A DNA stretch of 64,000 nucleotides from an uncultured Gammaproteobacteria bacterium (GTDB taxonomy: Bacteria; Pseudomonadota; Gammaproteobacteria; Ga0077536): contig CALKCL010000015.1 of the NCBI GenBank assembly GCA_938082545.1, positions 20,025 to 84,024 on the forward strand, in the 5' to 3' direction. Of this stretch, positions 57,736 through 64,000 are shown in pieces; position 1 is the stretch's first letter, and the number at the start of each line of letters is the position of its first letter. Made by a program: the position numbers and the translations under genes. Under the pieces are notes generated by a model. The model was not told the DNA's origin and ran no database searches. It saw only the letters and a program-made list of their open reading frames with translations.

Positions 57736-60660
57736 GTGGGATTGAGTAAAAAAAGTTTATTTACATGCATTAATGAGCGTTTAGTAGAGAGCCTTGGTGT
57801 CCGTTTAGGAGAATATGTTCATGAGCCGTCAGGGGCTAGGCACTACCATTTAGATTGTGATGATACTAACAATGCTTTTATGGTCGCTTTTATGACGCTT
57901 CCAATGGATTCGACTGGTGTGGCGCATGTGTTAGAGCACACAGCTCTGTGTGGCAGCTCTAATTACCCAGTGCGGGACCCTTTCTTTATGATGCTGCGCC
58001 GATCTCTTAATACGTATATGAATGCATTTACTGGCAGTGACACTACTGCCTATCCTTTTGCTACTCAGAACAAAAAAGACTTCGATAATTTACTGAAAGT
58101 TTACTTAGACGCCGCTTTTTTTCCAATTCTTCATCCTTTAGATTTTGCTCAAGAAGGCTGCCGTATTGAGTTTGAGAGCGATGATGTGAAAAACCCATTG
58201 ACTTATCAAGGAGTTGTCTACAATGAAATGAAAGGGGCGATGAGCCCCCCTTCTTCAAATTTGTGGCAGCACGTTTACACCACTCTTTTCCCCGACACTC
58301 CATATCGACATAACAGTGGTGGTGAGCCTTCACAGATCCCTAATTTGTCTCATGAAGCATTGAAGGCATTTCATGCCAAGCACTATTGTCCCGCGAACGC
58401 GGTTTTTATGACCTATGGCAGTTTTTCAGCAAGTGAGCACCAAACTCGTTTTCAAGAGTTAGTGCTTGATCGCTGTGGCAAGGGCACAAAAAACACGAAA
58501 AATCTCGAGCAGCCTTGTTTTTCTAGCAGATCAACTCTGGTGACGTCTTACAACGTTGATCGCAAAGATGATCGAATGACTCATTTAGTTTGGGCATGGG
58601 TCGTGGGGGATGCTACAGATCCTGACCAACTTATGGAAGCTCATTTGATTTCGTCAATTCTTCTAGAGCACAGCGGTTCACCTTTACGTCACTTTTTAGA
58701 AACGACGTCCCTGGCAAACTCACCATCAGAGCTTTGTGGGATAGACGACTCGGCCAGGCAACTGGTTTTCTTTTGCGGAGTTGAAGGAAGTGAAGCAGAT
58801 AATGCTGATGAGATAGAAGCAGAGATCTATCGCGTGGTTAACAAGGTGGCGTCTGATGGTATTTCAGCTGCGGAAATAAACGGGATTATCGATCGTTTGG
58901 AGCTGGCACAGAGAGATATCGGAGGGGGATCGTACCCTTTCGGCTTGCAGCTTATGAGTCGAGTCCTGCCTGCAGCGATACATGGGGCTAGTGTCTGGGA
59001 TCTATTGAATCTCGAGCCTACGATTGATAAATTGAGAAAATCGGTCAACCGGCCAGATTACATAGAAAGTTTATGTAAAAAGCTTCTTATTGAAAATCGT
59101 CATGCTTCTAGAATTAGTATGCTCCCAGAAGAAAATAAGTCAGCTAGGGAGTCGAGAGTCGAGAGCAACCAATTGTCATCACTAAGAGAAAAACTCTCTG
59201 CCTTAGAGGAAAATGCCATAATGAAAAGCGCTGGGGCTTTAAAGCAGAGGCAGATTGCGGAAGATGATCCAGATATTTTACCGCAAGTCACCCTTGCAGA
59301 TGTGCCGTCAGAAATTAAGATTGTAAATCCTTCTAGTGCGAGGATCTTTCAGAACTACAAAAATTGTCCTGTCAATGAGTACGCAGTTGCCTCAAATGGT
59401 ATTTTTCGAGCAAAAATTGCTTATCAAATTCCATTTTTGACACCTTTAGAACTTTCCTATTTCCCTCTCTGGTGTGAGTATTTAACTGAATTTGGAAGTT
59501 CTTCTGACGGATATGCTTCCACGCAAGCGCGAAGAGCCATGGTTGGAGACTTTTCGGTATATGGGATGGTTAGACCGGACCCATCGGATAGCAAAATTCA
59601 CCACGCTTGGCTTATTTTGGGCGCTAAAGGCCTTGCCCGTAAGCGATACGAACTCTTAGATACTTTAGTGCGTATCCTACCAAACGCGCGATTTGATGAA
59701 TCATTAAGACTGAAAGATCTTTTAATGCAGTCAAAGGCTGAGGTTGAACAATCGATAACTGACAAAGCTCACCACATGGCGATTTTAGCTGCGGGTGCTT
59801 CACTATCACCAATGGGTACGCTTGCTGAGTTATGGGATGGAGCCACCTCAGTGAAGCTTCTGCAAGCTTTGTCGAAAACTAAAGTAGGAGGCGCTGAGGC
59901 GACCCTAATCTTCCAGACTTTTGAATCTATTCGGGAGAAACTAGTTGGCACTTCTTTTCGCACCGCCTTTATCGGAGAGGGCGCATCGCTTTTAGATGTT
60001 GATTTGGATGCCTCTCTAATACGACCTGAGAAGGCGCTAGAAAACTTGAAGCTAGAAAAGCTAGATCTGTCAATAATGGAGACGAGAGACGAAAATGCTT
60101 GGGTGATCAATTCTCAAGTAAATTTTTGTGCAAAGGTTTTCCAAGCTGGAGATGACAACCAAAAAGATGCGCCGCGACTTTCTGTACTGGCGAGATATAT
60201 ACAAGATGGTTTTCTACATCAGCATATTCGCGAGCAAGGAGGAGCTTACGGTGGTGGTGCAGCTTATGATGCCGATAGCAGGTCGTTCAGGTTCTATTCT
60301 TACCGTGACCCACGATTGACAGAGACGTTTAATGATTTCACGAGATCAGTGGAATGGTTTTTGAACGATCGTAGCGAGAGCCGTCTGGAAGAGTCTATTC
60401 TAGGCACAGTTCGTGCCCTAGACCAACCGTCTTCGCCCTCTGGAGAGGCTGAGCGTGCTTTTTCAGATGAGTTGTTTGGCCGCAGTCATGAGTTCAAAAA
60501 AGATTTTAGGAATAGTGTCCTTGCGGTAACTCACGATAGCTTAAGGGAAGTTTGTGAGAAATATCTTTTAAGCGAGGACGCCGGCTTAGGTGTTTTTTGT
60601 AAATCTGGGAACGAGCAAGTACTGACGTCTCAAGGCATGCGAGTTGGGGAGCTTTTATAG
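57736..60660 (+). CDS. M16-family (pitrilysin / PreP-like, M16C) zinc metallopeptidase
   Basis: GVAHVLEHTALCGS carries the inverted HxxEH zinc motif. 974 aa and four-domain size. GTG start. Confidence 0.85.
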   Translation: MGLSKKSLFTCINERLVESLGVRLGEYVHEPSGARHYHLDCDDTNNAFMVAFMTLPMDSTGVAHVLEHTALCGSSNYPVRDPFFMMLRRSLNTYMNAFTGSDTTAYPFATQNKKDFDNLLKVYLDAAFFPILHPLDFAQEGCRIEFESDDVKNPLTYQGVVYNEMKGAMSPPSSNLWQHVYTTLFPDTPYRHNSGGEPSQIPNLSHEALKAFHAKHYCPANAVFMTYGSFSASEHQTRFQELVLDRCGKGTKNTKNLEQPCFSSRSTLVTSYNVDRKDDRMTHLVWAWVVGDATDPDQLMEAHLISSILLEHSGSPLRHFLETTSLANSPSELCGIDDSARQLVFFCGVEGSEADNADEIEAEIYRVVNKVASDGISAAEINGIIDRLELAQRDIGGGSYPFGLQLMSRVLPAAIHGASVWDLLNLEPTIDKLRKSVNRPDYIESLCKKLLIENRHASRISMLPEENKSARESRVESNQLSSLREKLSALEENAIMKSAGALKQRQIAEDDPDILPQVTLADVPSEIKIVNPSSARIFQNYKNCPVNEYAVASNGIFRAKIAYQIPFLTPLELSYFPLWCEYLTEFGSSSDGYASTQARRAMVGDFSVYGMVRPDPSDSKIHHAWLILGAKGLARKRYELLDTLVRILPNARFDESLRLKDLLMQSKAEVEQSITDKAHHMAILAAGASLSPMGTLAELWDGATSVKLLQALSKTKVGGAEATLIFQTFESIREKLVGTSFRTAFIGEGASLLDVDLDASLIRPEKALENLKLEKLDLSIMETRDENAWVINSQVNFCAKVFQAGDDNQKDAPRLSVLARYIQDGFLHQHIREQGGAYGGGAAYDADSRSFRFYSYRDPRLTETFNDFTRSVEWFLNDRSESRLEESILGTVRALDQPSSPSGEAERAFSDELFGRSHEFKKDFRNSVLAVTHDSLREVCEKYLLSEDAGLGVFCKSGNEQVLTSQGMRVGELL

Positions 60661-60694
60661 TGTATAAGAATTTTTTATAAGTGGGTGCTTACTT

Positions 60695-61705
60695 TTGAAA
60701 AAAACTTTAGATAGTATACTTTTTGTTTCTGAGAAATATTCATTGCTCCCTTTGAAAGTAGAAAGAATTCCCCACGGGCTAGTTAACGACACCTTTAAGC
60801 TCGAGACGGCCTTAGGTGGGAAATATGTCTTACAGAGATTGAATCCTATCTTTAATGAGTCGACTAACGCAGCTGTGCATTCGGTGACTACCTTTTTGAA
60901 CGAAAAGGGGTTTTTGGCTCCCAGTCTAGTATTGACGACTGACAATCAAATTTCGGTCAACTTTGAACAGAGAATTTGGCGACTTTTCACCTACGTGGAA
61001 GGCGTAGTACTCCAAAAAGTCAACAGCCCCGAAATTGCAGCATCAGCGGGAAAAATTCTTGCTAAATTCCACTCTCTGATGCATGATTTAGAGCCGGCGG
61101 CTCTAGCTGATAGTGCGCAAGCCCATGATTTTAAGAAGCATTTTTACCACCTTGGGTCTGTTCGCTTTAGACTTAAAAACCATCGTCTTTTTGCAGACAT
61201 GCAGCCTCTGTATCGGAGGTTAGAGTATCTGGTCGGTGCCTTGGCCCCGCTTGATGTAGGACCTAATTGGATAGTGCATGGAGATCCTAAAATATCTAAC
61301 ATTATGTTTTCTGAGACAGCCCTTGAAGCTATATCCCTATTAGATTTTGATACGGTAGCGCGAGCGCCAGTTTTGCTTGAGCTTGGGGATGCAATGAGAT
61401 CTTGGTGTAACCCTCTTGGCGAGGACGATCCAACCGCGTATTTTGATAGAGACTTTTTCCAGGCAGCTCTAGCTGGTTACCAAGGTTCGATCGGTGACAG
61501 ATACCGTTTGTTTTCGTCCCAGCAAATACTACTTGCCACTACTCAGATATTCCTTGAGCTGGCCTCTCGGTTTTTATCTGACGTGCTGGAGGAACGTTAT
61601 TTTGGTTGGGATGCTTCGAAGTATAGAACTAGAGGTGAGCACAACTTAGTGCGAGCAGAGTCTCAGATTTCTGGTGCTGAGAGCATAATGTCGCTAATAA
61701 GTTAA
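60695..61705 (+). CDS. aminoglycoside-phosphotransferase-fold kinase (APH / choline-kinase family)
   Basis: VHGDPKISNIMF (catalytic loop HGDxxxxN) and LLDFDTV (DFD motif). TTG start. Confidence 0.75.
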   Translation: MKKTLDSILFVSEKYSLLPLKVERIPHGLVNDTFKLETALGGKYVLQRLNPIFNESTNAAVHSVTTFLNEKGFLAPSLVLTTDNQISVNFEQRIWRLFTYVEGVVLQKVNSPEIAASAGKILAKFHSLMHDLEPAALADSAQAHDFKKHFYHLGSVRFRLKNHRLFADMQPLYRRLEYLVGALAPLDVGPNWIVHGDPKISNIMFSETALEAISLLDFDTVARAPVLLELGDAMRSWCNPLGEDDPTAYFDRDFFQAALAGYQGSIGDRYRLFSSQQILLATTQIFLELASRFLSDVLEERYFGWDASKYRTRGEHNLVRAESQISGAESIMSLIS

Positions 61706-61943
61706 AGTTGAGATATTTATCTTGAAGTAAAACTTCGTCGGTCTGAAGCCTTCGCAGCTAAGTTTTTAACGATTTTTTATGCTAGACTTAACACCCTAAC
61801 TCTTCTATTTGTCTTTAATTAGCGCTTTCGGTTCACACAGGCATGGCTTCGTGAGAAACGTCTTGTACGTTTTGCTCCTCGTTTTTTAGAGGTTAAATTG
61901 GGTGTCAGGCTGACGATATTTTGTTTTCTTTTGGAGAAAGATC

Positions 61944-62252
61944 ATGGTTGCTGGAGCGAAAACTAAAGAATCGATTGAAGCTGCTACTGTCGCGGCTGCT
62001 GAACTTTCAGCGAAATTGGCGATATACCACGTCAGTCGGCTAGAAAAAACTAAATTAGACAATGCTGGGCCTGTGGGCTATCGCTATACCATAGAAGGCG
62101 GCTATGCACCTATCACGGGCTTCCGTACTGGTTCGAAGGAAGATGTGGGCGCTCATGCGACTTCCTTGGCTAAAGAGATGAATGAGCGGAGAGGCTTGAA
62201 AGGCACCAAGCATATTGTTATTGGTAAGCCTCGTAAACCTCAGGCCTCGTAA
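61944..62252 (+). CDS. hypothetical protein (102 aa)
   Basis: ORF preceded by GGAGAAAG. I recognise no motif. Confidence 0.4.
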   Translation: MVAGAKTKESIEAATVAAAELSAKLAIYHVSRLEKTKLDNAGPVGYRYTIEGGYAPITGFRTGSKEDVGAHATSLAKEMNERRGLKGTKHIVIGKPRKPQAS

Positions 62253-62342
62253 ACTAGCCTGAATCAAAATGAGGTTTGGCCTCGGCGCTTACAATGTGCA
62301 GGGCATGAGTTTTGGCAGTCAAGTTTCTGGTTAAAAAGTCCT

Positions 62343-62385
62343 TAAAAAATAAGTTAGGCGACAACATCGCTGCTGTGCGTCTAAC
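62343..62385 (-). terminator. rho-independent terminator downstream of tRNA-Leu
   Basis: The minus strand reads GTTAGACGCAC-agcagcgatgtt-GTCGCCTAAC, a stem of about 8 bp with one wobble pair, followed by TTATTTTTT. Confidence 0.7.
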
Positions 62386-62399
62386 ACCACTAAAAATAA

Positions 62400-62486
62400 T
62401 GGTACCGGGAGGGGGAATCGAACCCCCACATCCTTACGGATACCAGATTTTGAATCTGGCGCGTCTACCAGTTCCGCCATCCCGGC
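62400..62486 (-). tRNA. tRNA-Leu (anticodon CAA)
   Basis: Reverse complement: GCCGGGATGGCGGAACTGGTAGACGCGCCAGATTCAAAATCTGGTATCCGTAAGGATGTGGGGGTTCGATTCCCCCTCCCGGTACCA. The anticodon stem is CCAGA/TCTGG with loop TTCAAAA. It has a long variable arm, a GGTTCGATTCC T-loop and an encoded CCA. Confidence 0.93.
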
Positions 62487-62568
62487 AAAGAGGTAGGTGG
62501 CGAAGCAGTATAGTGAAACAACTGCGATAGGTCGACATAGTATTTAACAAATTTGATGGGATGTCGCT

Positions 62569-63600
62569 TTGGAACTAGAAAAATTCAGTTATTCCTTACC
62601 GAAAAAGCTTGTTGCGCAAGCTCCTTTAAAGCATCGGCGGGACGCACGGTTATTAGTGACCGATAATTTGACCGGAGAGTTTCAAGATCGGAGAGTTTTT
62701 GACCTATTGAGTTTGTTCCGTGCAGGAGATTTGTTAGTTTTAAATGACACTAAAGTTATCCTTGCTAGGCTAAGAGGTCGAAAAGATACAGGCGGTCGCG
62801 TGGAGATTCTGGTTGAGCGGATAGTTTCCGATTCTTGTGCTCTGGCCCATGTGAAAGCTAATAAAACTCCTAAAAGTGGATCGGTGCTTATTCTTGATGG
62901 CAAGGGGCGAGTTAAAGTTTTAGGACGTGAAGGTAGTTTGTTCATCTTAGAAACCTCCACGGAGATGACATTTACTGATCTCTTGTTGCACTGTGGTGAG
63001 TTGCCATTACCCCCTTATATAACGCGGAGCCCGACCGCGCTTGATGAAAGTCGTTATCAAACTGTTTTTGCAAAGAATTCAGGAGCAGTCGCAGCGCCTA
63101 CAGCCGGTCTTCATATTGATGAGAAACTACTGCTCGACCTGAAAGAGCTCGGGGTTGGCATTGAATACGTAACTTTGCACGTTGGTGCTGGAACTTTCCA
63201 GCCTATAAAATCATCTCATATTGATGAGCATGTGATGCATTCTGAGCGAGTCGACGTATCAGACTCTGTTTGCTTGGCGATTAGAGAGACCCGCAAACGA
63301 GGAGGAAGAGTTGTTGCTGCTGGAACGACTGTAGTGCGCGCGCTGGAGGCGGCCGCGCTGGGGAAAGATTATATTCAGAAATTTCAAGGCGAGACTAATA
63401 TTTTCATACGAGATGGTTTTGACTTCTGTGCGGTCGACGTCTTACTGACAAATTTTCATTTGCCACGCTCGACATTACTTATATTAGTAAGTGCTTTCGC
63501 TGGTTATGAACATATTTTTAAAGCTTATCATCATGCTATCGAAAATGAATATCGTTTCTTTAGTTATGGAGATGCGATGTGGTTGGAAAGGGACAATTAA
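62569..63600 (+). CDS. queA: S-adenosylmethionine:tRNA ribosyltransferase-isomerase
   Basis: FSYSLPKKLVAQAPL..RDARLLV...GDLLVLNDTKVILARL.GRK.TGGRVEILVERI is collinear with my recollection of E. coli QueA. TTG start. Confidence 0.92.
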   Translation: MELEKFSYSLPKKLVAQAPLKHRRDARLLVTDNLTGEFQDRRVFDLLSLFRAGDLLVLNDTKVILARLRGRKDTGGRVEILVERIVSDSCALAHVKANKTPKSGSVLILDGKGRVKVLGREGSLFILETSTEMTFTDLLLHCGELPLPPYITRSPTALDESRYQTVFAKNSGAVAAPTAGLHIDEKLLLDLKELGVGIEYVTLHVGAGTFQPIKSSHIDEHVMHSERVDVSDSVCLAIRETRKRGGRVVAAGTTVVRALEAAALGKDYIQKFQGETNIFIRDGFDFCAVDVLLTNFHLPRSTLLILVSAFAGYEHIFKAYHHAIENEYRFFSYGDAMWLERDN

Positions 63601-63619
63601 CGAGCAAGTATATGAATAA

Positions 63620-64000
<381 letters not shown>

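Noticed and set aside
62312-62530. A 72-aa plus-strand ORF.
   Set aside because: It is built across the reverse complement of tRNA-Leu(CAA) and its terminator, so the RNA gene explains the region.

Overview
This is a 64 kb chromosomal segment, moderately AT-rich by eye, with gene order typical of a proteobacterium and most like a gammaproteobacterium (queA-tgt, rep, yajQ, ttcA, surE, groESL, gshA, trpE). I support about 60 protein genes, one tRNA-Leu(CAA), two rho-independent terminators, and a CIRCE operator with a sigma70-type promoter in front of groES. I found no CRISPR array, transposase, integrase or rRNA. All functional calls rest on motifs I recognised in the translations; no database search was possible.

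Five metabolic modules stand out:
- A tungsten/molybdenum aldehyde:ferredoxin oxidoreductase trio (poly-ferredoxin, AOR, MoaD-like), 3509-6455.
- A tight seven-gene operon, 7000-15417: SCPx-type thiolase, truncated PPDK-like phosphotransferase, BCCP, biotin carboxylase, 5S/PycB-type carboxyltransferase, thiolase, SDR.
- A molybdenum hydroxylase (FAD subunit plus a fused 2Fe-2S/Moco subunit) with a cyclase/formamidase-like gene, 22231-26717.
- An aerobic benzoyl-CoA (box) cluster, 29700-35597: boxR, boxC, boxB, a small 2Fe-2S ferredoxin and benzoate-CoA ligase, with no boxA.
- gshA divergent from pxpBC.

The best hidden signal is at 6511-6855 on the minus strand. The ORF track shows only an 85-aa GTG-started fragment. 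Reading through one in-frame TGA gives a full-length 114-aa ArsC/Spx-family thioredoxin-fold protein. The TGA sits exactly where the first Cys of the CxxC redox motif belongs (U-T-S-C), and a SECIS-like hairpin follows it, so this is a candidate selenoprotein missed by ORF calling.

The second candidate is the biotin-carboxylase operon containing a PPDK-like enzyme that lacks its PEP/pyruvate-binding barrel. I could not match that architecture to a characterised carboxylase system.
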